From: the human T2T-CHM13v2.0 reference genome, Homo sapiens
Reading direction: 5' to 3' (one strand)
Assembly: GCF_009914755.1 (NCBI RefSeq)
Contig: NC_060939.1
Length of the DNA stretch: 64,000 nt
In this document: positions 12,351-27,500 of the stretch, in pieces
How the letters are laid out: each line of letters opens with the position of its first letter
How positions within the stretch are numbered: position 1 is the first letter of the stretch
Notes under the pieces: model-generated
What the model was told of the DNA's origin: nothing
The model's input: the letters and a program-made list of their open reading frames with translations, nothing else
Databases searched by the model: none
Position numbers and translations under genes: made by a program

Positions 12351-15300
12351 TGGAGTGCAATGGAATGGAGTGGAATGGAATGGAATGGAATGGAACGGAA
12401 AGCAATGAAATGGAATGGAATGGAATGGAAAGTAACGGAACAGAATTGAGCGCAGTGGACTGCTGTGGTTTTGAGTGGAATGGATTGGATTGCCGTGGAG
12501 TGAAATGGAATGCAATGGAAAGGAGTGTAGAGGAATGGAGAGGAGTGGAGTGGATTGGAGTGGAATGGAATGGAATGTAATGGATTGGTGAAATGAAATG
12601 TGTGCTCAGATTGAGCCACTTCACTCCAGTCTGGGTGACAGAGTGAGATCCAGTCGAAATAAAGGAATGCAATGGAACGGAGTAGAATGGAATGGCATGG
12701 AGTGCAGTGGATTAGAATGGAGTGGAATGGAGTAGTGTGGAGTGGAATGGAATGGAGTGGAACGGAGTGGATTGGAATGGAGTGGAAAGGAGTGGAATGG
12801 AATGCAGCTTAGTAAAGCGGAGAGGAATGGAGTGAAATGGATTGGAGTGTAGTGGAGTGTAGTGGAATGGAATGGATTGGAATGGAATGGAACAGAACGG
12901 AACGAAATGGAACAGAATTGAACGGAGTGGAGTGTAGTGGAGTTGCATAGAATGTATTGGAGTGCAGTGGAATGGACTGGAAAGGAAAGGAATCGAATGG
13001 AATGTAAGGGAATGGAGTGGAGTGGACTGGTGTTTAGTGGAGTGGAGTGGCGTGGAGTGGACAGGTGTGGAATGGAGTGGTATGGAGTGGAGTGGAATGG
13101 AATGGTATGGAAAGGAACAGAGTTCAGTGGAGTGGAGTGGAGTGGTGTTGAGTGGAGTGGAGTGGAGTGGAATGAAATGGAATGGAATGGTGAAATGAAA
13201 TGTGAGCTAAGATTGTGCCACTGCACTCTGCTCTGGGTGACAGAGTGAGATCCAGTCGACTTAAAGGAAAGGAATGGAATGCAGTAGAATGGAATGGAGT
13301 ATAATGGAATGGAGTGGCAGGGAGGGGAATGGAGAGGAATGGAAGTGGAGTGGAATGGATTGCAGTATAACAGAGTGGATTGGAGTGGAAAGGAATGGAA
13401 CTGAAAGGAGTGGAATGGAATGGAATGCAGTGGAATGGAGTGGAGTGGAGTGGAATGGAGAGGAGTGGGGTGGAATGGAGTGGAGTTGAGTGGAATGGAA
13501 TGGAGTGGAACGGAATAGAATAGAATAGAATGGAGTGGAACAGAATGGAATGGAGTGGATTGGAATGTAGTGGATTGGAATCGAATGTAGTGGAATGGAA
13601 CGGAATGGAACGGAATAGAACGCAATGAAACGGAGTGGAGTGGAGTGCAGTGAAGTGGAGTTGTGTGAAGGGGGTGGGAGTGCAGTGGAATGGAATGGAA
13701 TGGAATGGAGTGGAGTTGAGTGAATTGGAGTGGAATGGAGTGGAATGGAATGGACTGGATTGGAATGGAATGGAGTGGAGTTGAGTGAATTGGAGTGGAA
13801 TGGAGTGGAATGGAATGGACTGGATTGGAATGGAATGGAATGGAATGAAATGGAATGGAATGGAAGAGAATGGAGTTGAACGGAATGGAACATAGTGGAG
13901 TGGAGTGGAGAGGATTTGACTGGAGTGGATTGGGGTGAAGTTGAATGGAATGGAATGGAATGGAAAGGAATGGAATTGAAAGGAAAGGAAAGGAAAGGGG
14001 TGGAGTGGAATGGAATGGAGTGGAGTGGAGTGGAGTAGAATATAATAGAATGGAATGGAATGGAATGCCATGGAATGGAATGATGAAATGTAATGTGTGC
14101 TAAGATTGTGCCACTGCACTCCAGTCTGAGTGACAGAGTGAGATTCAATCGAAATAAAGGAATGGAATGGAATAGAGTAAAGAATGGAATGGAATGGAGT
14201 GGAGTGGAATGGAGTGGAATGGAATGGAGTGGAATGACATGAGTTGGAGTAGAATGTAGCGAGTGGAGTGGAATGGATAGAAGTGGAATGGAGTGGAGTG
14301 GAGTGGAATGGAGTGGAAAGGAGTGGAGTGGAGAGGAATGGAATTGAATGGAAAGGAATGGAATGGAATGGAATGGAATGCCATGGAATGGAATGATGAA
14401 ATGTAATGTGCGCTAAGATTGTGCCACTGCACTCCAGTCTGGGAGACAGAGTGAGATCCAATCGAAATAAAGGAATGGAATGGAATAGAGTAAAGAATGG
14501 ACTGGACTGGAATGGAGTAAAATTGAATGGAATGGACTGTGTGGAATGGAGTGGATTGGAATTGAATGGAGTGTAATGGAGTGGAGTTCTGTGGAATGGA
14601 ATGGAATGGAGTGGAATGGAATGGAATGGAATGGAGCGGAATGGATTGGAGTGGCGTGGAATGGAGTGGAGTGGTGTGGGATGGAGTGGAATGGAATGGA
14701 GTGGAGTGGAGTGTAATGGAGTGTAGTGGAATGGAGTGGAATTGAATGGAGTTTAGTGGAAAGGAATGTAATCGAATGGAACTTAATGGAATGAAACGGA
14801 ATGGAAGGGAACAGAACGGAATGGAGTGGCTTGGAATGGAGTGCAGTGGAGTACAGTGGAGTCTATCAGAGTGCAGTGAAATGGAATGTAAGGGAATGGA
14901 GTGGAATGGAGTGGAGTCGAATGGAAATTAATGGAGTGGAGTGGAGTGGAGTGGAATGGAATTGAGTGGAGTGGAATGGCATGGAATGGATCGCAGTGCA
15001 GTGGAATGGAATGCAATGGAATAGAACGGAATGGAATGGAATGGAAAGGAATGGTGAAATGAAATGTGAGCTAAGACTGTGCCACTGCACTCCAGTATGA
15101 GGAAAAGAGTGAGATCCAGTCGAAATAAAGGACTGGAATGGAATGGAGTAAATTTGAAAGGAATGAACAGCTGTGGAATGGAATGGAGTGGAAAGGAAAG
15201 GAGTCATGTGGAATGGAGAGGAGTGGAATAGAGTAGAGTGTAATGGAGTGGAGTAGAGTGTAATGGAACGAAACGGAATGGAATGCAGTGGAATGGAATG

Positions 15301-18300
15301 GAATGGAGTGGAATGGAGTGGAGTGGAGTGGAAAGGAGGGGAGTGTAATGGAGTGGAGTGGAATGGAGAGGAATGGAATGGAGTGGGGTGGAAAGGAATG
15401 GAATCGAATGGAACTTAATGGAATGAAACGGAATGGAAAGGAACAGAATGGAATGGAGTGGATTGGAGTGGAGTGTAGTGGAGTTGAGTGGAGTGTATAG
15501 GGGTGCAGTGAAATGGAATTTAAGGGAATGGAGTGGAATGGAGTGGAGTTGAATGGAATGGAATGGAATAGAGTGGAGAGGAGTGGAGTGGAATGTAATG
15601 GAGTGAAGTGGAGTGGAATGCAATGGAATGGAACGGAATGCAATGGAGTGGAGTGGAGTGGAATCGAGTGGAATGAAATGGAAAGGAATGGAATGGAATG
15701 GAATGGAATGCAATGGAATGGAATGGTGAAATGAAATGTGAGTTAAGACTGTGCCACTGCACTCCTGTCATGGAGACAGAGTGAGATCCATTCGGAAATA
15801 AGGAATGGAATGCAATGGAGTAGAATGGAATGGAATGGAGTGGAGTGGAATGGAATGGAGTGGAATGCATGGGAGTGGAGTGGAATGGAGTGGAGGCAAA
15901 TGGAGTGGTGGAATGGTGTATAGTGAAGTCTAATGGAGTGAAATGGAGTGGAACGGAGTGAAATGGCTTGGAGAAGAATTCGGTGGAGTGGAATGGAATG
16001 GAATGGAATGGAATGGAATGGAGTGGAGTGGAATGGAGTGGAGTGGAGTGGAATGGTATGGATTGGAGTGAAATATAATGGGGTGGAGTGGAATGGAATG
16101 GAAAGAGTGAAATTGAGTGGAGTGGAATGGAAGAGAATGCAATGGAACAGAATGGAATGGAATGGAAAAAGAAGGCGTGGAGTGGATTGGAGTTGACTGG
16201 AGTGGATCGGAGGGCAGTGAAGTGGAATGGAATGGAATGGAGAGGAGTGCAGCGGAGTGGAAAGGAGAGGAATGGAATTGAATAGAATAGAATGGAATGG
16301 AGTGCAATGGAATGGATGGAGTGAAGTGGAGACGAATGAAGTGGAATGGAGTGGAAGGGAATGGAATGGAGTGGATTGCAGTGGAATTGATTTTAAAGGA
16401 ATGGAGTCAAGAGGAGTGGAGTGAAGTGGAGTGGAGTGGAATGGAGTGAAATGCAGTGAAAAGGAGTGGAGTGGAATGGAATGGAGTGGAATGGAATGGA
16501 ACGGAATGGAATGGAACGGAATGGAATGGAACGGAATTGAATGGAACAGAATGGAATGGAGAGGAGTGGAGTGGACAGGAGTGCAGTGGAATGTAATGGA
16601 GTGGAGTGCAGTGGAGTGGAGTGGAGTGGAGTGAATTGGAATGGAAGGGAATGGAATGTAGTGGAGTGGAATGGAATTGAGTGGAGTGGAGTTGAATGGA
16701 ATTTAGTGGAGTGGAGTGGAATGGAATGGAATGGAGAAGAATGGAATGGAAAGAATAGGAATGGAATGGAATGGAATGGAGTGGAATGGAATGGAATGGA
16801 ATGGAATGGAATGGAATGGAATGGAGTGGAATGGAATGGAGTGGAATGGAATGGAATGGAATGGAGTGGAATGGAGTGGAATGGAGTGGAATGGAATGGA
16901 ATGGAATGGAGTGGAATGGAATGGAATGGAATGGAATGGAGTGGAATGGAATGGAATGGAATGGAATGGAATGGAGAAGAATGGAAAGGAAAGAATAGGA
17001 ATGGAATGGAAAGAAGTGGAATGGAATGGCGTGGACTGGACTGGATTGAAGTTAGGTGGAATGGAATGGAGTGGAATGGAATGGAGTGCAATGGAATGGA
17101 GCGGAGTGGATCGGAATGCAGTGTAATGGAATGGAATGGAGTGGAGTGGAGTGGAATGGATTGCAATTGAGTGGAGTGGAGTCGAATGGAGTGGAATGGA
17201 ATTGAGAAGAATGGAATGGAAAGAATTGGAATGGAATTGAATGAAGTGGAATGGAATGGAGTGGACAGGAGTGGATTGAAGTTAAGTAGAATGGAATGGA
17301 GTGGAAACGAATGGAGTGGAATGGAATGGAGTGGAGTGGATCGGAGTGAAGTGGAATGGAATGGAATGTAGTGCAGTGGAATGGAATGGAATGGAGTGGA
17401 GTGGAGTGAAGTGGATTCGAGTGGAGTTGATTGGAGTTGAATGGAATGGAATGGAGTGAAATGGAATGGAAGGGAGTGGAGGGGAATGGAATGGAATGGA
17501 AGGAAATGGAATGGAAATTAGTGGAGTGGAATGGAATAGAATGGACTGGACTGGAAAGGAGTGGAGTGGAATGGAGTGGACTGGAGTGGAGTGGAGTGCA
17601 GTGGACTGGAGTGCAATGAAGGGGAGTGGAGTGGAATGGAGAAGAATGGAATGGAGTGTAGTGTAATGGAAGGGAATGGAAACGAATGAGATGGAATGGA
17701 ACGGAATGGAATGGAAGAGAATGGAATGAAGTGGAAAGGAGTGGAGTGGAGATGAGTGGAGTGGATCGCAGTGCAGTGGAATGGAATGGAATGGAATGGA
17801 ATGGAATGGAATGGAGTGGAGTGGAGTGGAGTGGAGTGGAGTGGAATGGAGAAGAATGGAATGGAATGGAGTAGAATGGAAAGGAATGGATGGAGTGGAA
17901 TGGAAAGTAATGGAATGGAACAGAATGGAATGGAGTGTACAGGAGTGGAGTGGAGTTGAGTGGAGTGGATCGCAGCGCAGTGGAATGGAATGGAATGGAA
18001 TACAACGGAGTGGGGTGGAGTGGATTTCAGGGGACTGGAGTGGAGTGGAGTGGAATGGAATGGACTGGAGTGGACTGGAGTGGAATGGGACAGAACAGAA
18101 TGGAGTGCAACTGAGTGGATAGGAGTGGATTGGAGTTGAGTGGAGTGGATCAGAGTTCAGTGGAATGGAATGGAATGGAATGGAATGGAATGGAATGGAA
18201 TGGAGTGGAGTGGAGTGGAGTGGAATGGAGTGGAATTGAGTGGAATGGAATGGAGTGAAGTGGAATGGAGTGGAATGGAAGGGAATACAATGGAATGTTT

Positions 18301-21300
18301 AAATGAAATGTCAGCTAAGATTGTCCCACTGCACACCAGTCTGGTTGACAGAGTGAGATCCAGTCGAAATAAAGAAATGGAATATAACGGAGTAAAATGC
18401 AAAGGAATGGAGGGGAGTGGAATGGAATGGAGTGGAAAGAAGGGAGTGGAGTTGTTTGGAGTAGAGTGGAATGGAGTGGAGTGGAATGGAGTGTAATGAA
18501 GTGGAATGGAATTGAAAGGAATGGGGTGGAATGGAATGGAATGAAGTGGAATGGAATGGAGTCCCGTTGAGTCGAGTGGAATGGAGTGGAATGGAGTGAA
18601 ATGGAGTGGAGTTGAATGGAGTGCAGTGGAATGGAAAGGATTAAAATGGAATGGAATGGAAAAGAGTGTACAGTAGTGGAGTGTAGTGGAGTTGAGTGGA
18701 GTGGATCAGAGTGCAGTGGAATGGAATGGAATGGAATGGAATGTAGCAGAGTCGAGTGGAGTGAAGTGGATTGCACTGGAATGGAGTGGAATGGAATGGA
18801 GTGGAGAGGAATGGAATGCAATGTAATGGAACGGAATGGAGTGGTGTGGATTGGAATGGAGTGGAGTGGAGTGGATTGGAATGGAAGGAGTTGTGTGGAG
18901 TTGAGTGGAGGGGAGTGGACTGAAGTGGAATGGAATGGAATGGTGAAATGAAATGTGAGCTATGATTGTGCCACTGCATTCCAGTCTGGGTGACAGAGTG
19001 AGATCCAATTGAAATAGTGGATTGGAATGGAATGGAGTGGAGTGGAATGGAGTGGAGTGGGATGGAATGGAGTGGAATGGAGTGGAATCGAATGGAATGG
19101 AATGGAGTTGAATGCAATGGAATGGAGTAGACTGGAATGGAGCGGAGTTGAGTGGAATGAAGTGGAATGGAATGGAATGGAATGGAATGGAACAGAATGG
19201 AACGGAGTGCAATGGAGTGCATCGTAATGGAGTTTACAGTAGTGGATTGGAGTGCAGTGGAATGGAATGGAATGGAATGGAGTGGAGTGGAGTGGATTGG
19301 AGTGCAGTGGAACGGAGTGAAATGGAATGGAGTGGAGTGGAATGGAATGGAATGGAACGGAATGGAATGAAATGGAAATGAATGGAATGGAATGGAATGG
19401 AATGAAACGGAGTGGAGTAGAGTGGAGTTCAGTGGAGTGGATAAGAGGGCAGTGGAAAGGAATAGAATGGAACGGAATGGAATGAAGTGTAGTGGAATGG
19501 AATAGGGTACAGTGGAGTGGATTGGAGTGGAATGAAGTGACGTGGAGTGAAATGGAGTTTAGTGGAATGGCATGGAGTGGAATGGAGTGGAATGGAATAG
19601 AATGGAATGGAGTGGAATGGAATGGAATGGAATGTAGTAGAATGGAGTGGAGGGGAGTGGAATGCAGTGAAATGGAGTGCAATGGAACGGAGTGGATTGA
19701 AATGGAATGGAGTGGAATGGAAAGGAATGGAACGGAACTGAACAGAGTGGAACGGAGTGGATTGGAGTGGAGTGGAGAGGTTCAGAGTGCAGTGGAAAGG
19801 AATGGAATGAAAAGGAGTGGAGTGCTGTGGAGAGGAGTGGATTGGAGTGAAGTGGAAAGGAGTGGAATGGAGTGAAATGGAGTGGAATGGAATGGAGTGG
19901 AGTGGAATGGAACAGAGTGGAACGGAACGGAATGGAATGGAATGGAACGGAATGGAATGAAACGGAAGGGAACGGTATGGACTGGTGTGGAGTTGAGTGG
20001 AATGTATCAGAGTGCAGTGGAAAGGGATGGAATGGAATTGAAGGCAATTGAATGGAATGTAGTGGAGTGAAATGGAATGGAATTGAATGGAATGCAATGG
20101 AATGGAAAGGAATGAAATGGAACTTAATGGAATGGAGTGGAGTGGAGTGGAGTTTAATAGAGTGGAGTGGGCTGTTGCGGATTGGAATGAAATGCAATGC
20201 AATGGAGTGGAATGGAGTGGAGTGGCATGGAGTGCAACGAAATAGAATGCAGTGGAATGGAATGGAGATGAGTGGAAGGGAGTGGAGGGTAATGGAGTGG
20301 AGGGGAGTGGAGAGGAATGGAGTGGATTGGAGTGGAGTGGAGGGGAATGGAATGGAATGGATTGGAATGGAGTGGGTTGGAGAGGAATGGATTGGAGTGG
20401 AGTGGAATGCAATGCAATGGAACAAAATGGAATGAAACGGAAGGAAACAGAGTGGAGTGGAGTTCAGTGGAGTTGACTGAAGGGGATCGGAGTTCAGTGG
20501 AATGGATAGGAAAGCAATTGAATGGAAAGAGGTTGAGTGGAATGGAATGGAATGAAATGGAAAGGAATGGAAAGGAGTGGAGTGGAGTGGAGAAGATTGG
20601 AGTGGAATGGAGTGGAGTGGAGTAGAATGGAGTGGAATGGAATAGAGGGGAGTGGAATGGAATGGAATGGAAAAAAATGGAATGGAATGGAATGGAATGG
20701 AATGCAACGGAATGGAGTGGAGTGCAGTGCGGTGGACTTGAGTAGAGTGGAGTGGAATGGATTGGAAAGGAGTGGAATGGAATGGAAAGGAATGCAGTGG
20801 AATGGAAACGAATGTAGTGCAATAGAATTGAGTGGAATGGAGTGGAGTGTAATTGAGTGGAGTTGAGTGAAATGGAGTGGACAGGAATGGAGTGGAGTTA
20901 AATGGAGTGGAGTGGAATGGAATGGAATGGCACGAAACGGAACGGAATGGAATGCAATGGAATGGAGTGGAGTGTAATGAAGTTGATAGGAGTGGATCGG
21001 AGTGCAGTGGAATGAAATGGAATGGAATGGAATGGAATGGAATAGAGTGGAGTGGAGTGGACTGGAATGGATTTGAGTGGACTGGAGTAGTGTGCAGTGG
21101 AGTTGAGAGGAATGGATTGGAGTTGAGTGGAATAGAAAGGAATGCATTGGAATGAAATGTAACGGAGTGGAATGGAATGGAACGGAGTGCAGTGGAGTGG
21201 AATGAAATGCAATGGAATGGAATGGAATGGAATGGAGTGGATTGGAATGCAATGCAGTGGAGTGGAGTGGAATGGAGTGGAGTGGAGTTCACTGGAGTGG

Positions 21301-22499
21301 AATTGAGTGAAATGGAGTGGAGTGGAGTGGAGTGGAATGTATTGTAGTGGAATGGAGAGGAGTGGAGTAGAGAGGAGTGGATTGGATCGGAGTTCAGAGG
21401 AATGTAATGTAATGGAATGGAATGGAATGGAGTGGAGTGGAGTGGAATGTAGTGGAAAAGAATGGAATGGAGTGGAATGGAGTGGACTGGAATGGAGTGG
21501 AAAGGAGTGAAATGGAATGGAGTGGAATGGAGTGAAATGGAATGGAAAAGAATGGAATGGAGTGGAGTGGAATGTAATGGAGTGCAGTGGAATGGAGTGG
21601 ACGGGAAGGCAGTTGAATAGAATGGAATGGAATGGAAAGGAATGGAATGGAGTGTAATGTAGTGGAATGGAGTGGAGTGGAGTGGAATGGAGCACAGTCT
21701 AATGGAGTGGAGTGGAATGGAGTGGAATCGAGGAAAACGGAGAGGAGTGGAATGAAGTGGAGTGGAATGGAATGGAGTGGAATGGAATGCAACAGAACGG
21801 AATGGATCGGAACGGAATATAACGCAGTGGAGTGGAGTGGATGGTACTGAAGTTGAGTGGAGAGGACCAGAGTGCAGTGGAATCAAAAGGAATTAAATGG
21901 TATGGAGTGGAGTAGAGTGGACTGGAGTGGAAAGGACTGGAATGGAATGGAGTAGAGTGGAATTGAATGGAATGGAAAGGATAGGAATGGTATTATGAAA
22001 TGTAATGAGAGCTAAGATTATGCCTCTATACTCCAGTGTGTGTGATAAAGAGAGATCCAGTCGAAATAAAGGAATTGAATGCAATGGAGTAGATTGGAAT
22101 GGAATGGAGTGGAGTGGAATGGAAATGGGTGGAATGGAGTGGAGTGGAATGGAGTGGGTTGGAGAGGAATGTATTGGAGTGGAGTGGAATGCAATGCAAT
22201 GGAAAAGAATGGAATGGAATGGAAGGGAACAGAGTGCAGTGGAGTGGAGTGCAGTGGAGTTGACTGAAGTGGATGGGAGTGCAGTGGAATGGATAGGAAT
22301 GCAATGGAATGGAAAAAGGTTGAGTGGAATGGAATGGAATGAAATGGAAAGGAATGGAAAGGAATGGAGTGGAGTGGAGTGTAATTGAGTGGAGAACAGT
22401 TGAGTGTAGTTGAGTTGAATGGAGCGGAGTTGAGTGGAGTGGAATGGAGTGGAATGGAACAGAATGGAGTGGAATGGAATGGAGTGAATTTGAAAGGAG

Positions 22500-24560
22500 T
22501 GGAATGGAACGGAGTGGAATGCAATGGAAGGGAATGGAATGGAATGGAATGGAATGCAACGGAATGGAATGGACTAGAGTGGAGTTGAGTGGAGTGGAAT
22601 GGAACGCAGTGGACTGGAGTGGAGGGGAGTTGAGAGGAGCGGATCAAAGTGCAGTGGAGTGGAATACAACGGAATGTAATGGAATGAAGTGGAGTGGAAT
22701 AGAATGGAATGGAGTGGAGTGGAGTGGTATGGAATGGAATGGAATGGAATGGAATGGAATGGAATGGAATGGAATGCAATGGAATGGAATGGAATGGAAT
22801 GGAATGGAATGGAATGGAATGGAATGGAATGCAATGGAATGGAATGGAATGGAATGGAATTGAATGGAATGGAATGGAATGGAATGGAATGCAATGGAAT
22901 GCAATGGAATGCAATGGAATGCAATGGAATTGAATGGTGAAATGAAATGTGAGCTAAGATTGCACCACTGAATTCCAGTCTCGGTGACACAGTGATATCC
23001 AGTCGAAATAAAGGAATGGAATGTTATGGAATGGAATGGAGTAGAATGCAATGGAATAGAGAGGAGTGGAATGGAATAGAGTGGAATGTCGTGGAATGGA
23101 ATTGAGTGGAATGGAATGGAGTGGAGTGGAATGGAATGGAGTGGAAGGGAAAGGAGTGCCTTGGAATGGATTGCAATGGAACGGAACAGAAAGGAATGGA
23201 ATGGAATGGAACGGAGTGGAGTGGAGTAGATTGGACTGCATCGGAATGCACTGGAATGGAATGGCATGGAATGGAATGGAATGGAATAGAATGGAATGGA
23301 ATGGAGTAGAGTGGAATGCAATGGAGTCGAGTGGAGTGGAGTGGATTGGAGTGGACTATAGTGGAATGGAGTGAAATGGAGTGGAGTGGAAATGAGTGGC
23401 GTGGAATTGAATGGAGTGGATTGGATCGGAGTGGAACGGTACAGAAAGGAACGGAATGGAAAGGAGTGGAGTGGAGTGGAGTTGATTGGAGTGGATCAGA
23501 ATGCAGTGGAATGGAATGGAATGGAATGGAATGGAATGGAAAGGGAGTGGAGTGGAGTGGAAAGGAGTGGAATGGAATGGAGTGGAGTGGGATGAAATGA
23601 AATGGAATGGAACGGAGTGGAATGCAATGGAAGGAAATGGAATAGAATGGAATGGAATGCAACGGAATGGAATGGACTGGAGTGGAGCTGAGTGGAGTAG
23701 AATGGATCGCAGTGGACTGGAGTGGAGGGGAGTTGAGAGGAGTGGATCAAAGTGCAGTGGAATGGAATGCAATGGAATGTAATGGAATGAAGTGGAGTGG
23801 AATGGAATGGAATGGAGTGGAGTGGAGTGGAGTGGCATGGAATGGAATGGACTGGACTGGACTGGAATGGAATGGAATGGAATGCAATGGAATGGAATGG
23901 AATGGAATGCAATGCAATGGAATGGAATGGAATGGAATGCAATGGAATGGAATGGTGAAATGAAATGTGAGCTAAGGTTGTGCCACTGCACTCCAGTCTG
24001 GGTGACAGAGTGATATCCAGTCGAAACAAAGGAATGGAATGAATGGAAAGGAGTAGAATAGAATGGAATGGAATGGAGTGGAGTGGAATGGAATAGAGTG
24101 GAATGTATTGGACTGGAATTGAGTGGAATGCAATGGAGTGGAGTGGAATGGAATGGAATGGAGTGGAAGGGAAAGGAGTGCCTTGAAATGGATTGCAATG
24201 GAACGGAATGGAAAGGAATGGAAAGGAAAGGAATGGAATGGAACGGAGTGGAGTGGAGTAGATTGGACTGGATTGGAGTGCATTGGAATGGAATGGAATG
24301 GAATAGAACGGAATGGAATGGAGTGGAATGGAATGGAGTCGAGTGGAGTGGAATGGATTGGAGTGGACTATAGTGGAATGGAGTGAAATGGAGTGGAGTG
24401 GAAATGAGTGGAGTGGAACAGAATGGGGTGGATTGGATCGGAATGGAACAGTACGGAAAGGAATGGAATGGAAAGGAGTGGAGTGGAGTGGAGTTGATTG
24501 GAGTGGATCAGAGTGCAGTGGAATGGAATGGAATGGAATGCAAGGGAGTGGAGTGGATTG
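22500..24560 (+). repeat. ~1.0-1.1-kb tandem duplication in HSat3
   Basis: Shared rare motifs in the same order: ggatcaaagtgc (~22641/~23744), Alu cassette ending gtgatatccagtcg (~22949/~23967), ggagtgcctt (~23153/~24175), ggactatagtgg (~23353/~24365). Confidence 0.8.
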
Positions 24561-27500
24561 GAGTGGAGTGGAGTGGAGTGGAATGGAGTGGAATGGAGTG
24601 GAGTGAAATGGAGTGGAATAGAGTGGAATGGAATGGAGTGGAGTGGAGTGGAGTAGTATGCATTGGAGTGGAGGTGAATGGAATGGAATGGAATATAACG
24701 GACTGGAGTGGAATGGAATGGAGTGGAATGGAAATGAACGGAACGGAAAGGAACGGAACGGAATGGAATGGAGTGGAGTGCAGTAGAGTGGAGTGGAGTT
24801 GAGTGGTGTGGATCAGAGTTCAGTGCAATGGAATGGAATGGAATGGAATGTAGTGGAATGGAGTGAGTAAAGTGGAGTGGAGTGGAATGGAGTGGAATGG
24901 AGTGGAATGAAATGAAGTAGAGTGGAATGGGATGGAATAGAACAGAAAGGACTGGAGTGGAATGTAATGGAATGGAAAGGAAAGGAACGGAGTGGAGTGG
25001 TGTGGAGTGCAGTGGAGTTGACTAGAGTTTATCGGAGTGCAGTGGAATGGAATGGATTGGAGTGGAATGGAGTGGAGTGGAATGGAGTGGAATAGAATGG
25101 AATGGAGGGGAATCGAATGCAGTGGAGTGGAATAGAATGAAATGAAACGGTATGTAATTCAGTGGAACGGAATAGAAAGGAACGGAAAGTAATGGAGTGG
25201 AGTGGAGGGGAGTGGAGTCGATTCAAGTGGTTCGCAGTGCAGTGGAATGGAGTGGAATGGAATGGAATGGAGTAGAATGGAGTGGAGTGGAGTGGAATGG
25301 AGTGGAATGGAATGGAGTGAAGTGAAATGGAATGGAAAGGAAAGGAATGGAATGAAATGGAACGGAATGGAACGGAGTGGAATGGAGTGGATTGGAGGGC
25401 AGTGGAATGGAATGGAATGGAATAGAATGGAGTGGAATGGAATGGAGTGGAGTGGAGTGGAGTGGAGTGGAGTGGAATGGAGTGTAGTGGAGTGTAGTGG
25501 AATGGAATGGAATGAAATGAAATGGAATGGATTGGAAAGAAATGGAATGAAGTGGAGAGGAGTGAAACGAAATTGAATGGAGTGGAGAGGAGTAGAATGG
25601 AGGGGAGTGGAGTGGAATGGAAAGGAGTGGAGTTGAGTGGAGTGGAATAGAGTGGAATGGAATGGAATGGGGTGGAGTGGAATAGAATGGAGTGGAAGAG
25701 GATGGAACAGAAAGGAACAAAATGGAGTGGAACAGACTGAAATGGAGTGGAGCGGAGTTGAGTGGAGTGGATCGGAGTGCAGTGGAATGGAATGGATTGG
25801 AGTGGAATGGAGAGGAGTGGAGTGGAGTGGAAAGGAGCGGAATGGAATGGAGTGGAGTGGAATGGAATGGAATGGAAAGGAATGGTGAAATGAAATGTGA
25901 GCTAAGATTGTGCAATTGCATTCCACTCTGTTTGACACAGTGAGATTCACTCGAAATAAAGGAATTGAATTGAATGGAGTAGAATGGAATGGAATGGAGT
26001 GGAGTGGATGGAATGGAATGGAATGGAGTGAAATGGAATGGAAGGTAATGGAGTGCAATGGAATTGAAAGAGTGGAATGGAAAGGAGTGGAGTGGAACGG
26101 TGTGGAATGGAATTGATTGGAGTGGAATGGAATGGAATGGAACGGAATGGAATGGAATGCAACGGAATGGAATTGAAGGGAATGGAACGGAGTGGAGTGT
26201 AGTGGAGTTGAGTTGAAAGGATTGGAGTGCAGTGGAATCGACTGGAATGGAATGGAATTTAGTGGAATGGAATGGATTGGAGTGTAATGGAATGGAATGG
26301 AGTGAAGAGGAGTGGAGTGCAGAGGAGTGGAGTGGAGTGGAATGGAATGGAATGGAATAGAGTGGAATGGAATGGAATGGGTTGGAATGGAATGGAGTGG
26401 AGCGGAGTGGAGTGGAGTGCAGTAGAATGGAGTGGAATGGAGTGAAATGAAGTGGAGTGAAATTGAGTGGAGTGGAAAGGAATGAAGTGGAATGGAATGG
26501 AATGGAATGGATCAGAATGGAACAGAGTGGGGTGGAGTGGTGTGGAGTGGAGTTGAGTGGAGTGGAACGAAGTGCAGTGTAATGGAATGGAATGGAATGG
26601 AAAGGAATGCAGTGGAGTGGAGTGGAGTGTGGTGGAGTAGAGTGGAATGGTTTGGAACGGAATGGATTGGAGTGGAATGGAATGGAATGGAATGGAATGC
26701 AACAGAATGGAATTGAGCGGAAATGAGCGGAGTGGACTCCAGTGGAGTGGAGTTGAGTCGAGTGGATCGGAGTGCAGTGGAATGGAATGGAATGGAATGG
26801 AGTGGATTTGAATAGAATGGGGTGGAATTGAATGGAATGGAGTGGAGAGGAGTGGAGCGCAGTAGAATGTAGTGGAGTGGAATGGAATGGATTGGAGTGG
26901 AATGAAATGGAATGGAATGGAGTGGTGTGTATTGTAATGGCATGGAGTGGACTGGAGTGGAACGGAGGGGAGTGGAGTGGAATGTAACAGAGTGTAATGG
27001 AATGGAGTGGAGTGGACTGGAATGCAGTGGAGTGCAGTGGAGTGGAGTGGAGCTGAGTGGAGTGCAGTGGAATGGAATGGAAAGGAGTGAAGTGGAATGG
27101 AATGGAAAGGAATAGAATGGAATAAAATGCAATAGAATGGAAAGGTGACATGAAATGTGAGCAAAGATTGTGCCACTGCACTCCAGTCTGGGTGACAAGG
27201 TGAGATCCAGTCGAAATAAAGGAATGGAATGGAATGGATTAAAATGGAATTGAATGCATTGGAGTGGAATGGAATGGAATGAAATGGAGTTTAGTGGAGA
27301 GGAATATAGTGGAGTGTAATGCAATGTAGTTGAATAGAGTGGAATGGAGTGGAATGGAATGGAGTGGAGACAACTGCACTGGAGTGGATTAGAATGAAGT
27401 GGAATGGAGTGGAAAGGAATGGAATGGAACTGACTTGAATGGAATGGAATGGAGTCTAATGGAGTGGAGTGGAGTGGAGTGGATTGGACTGGAATGGAAT

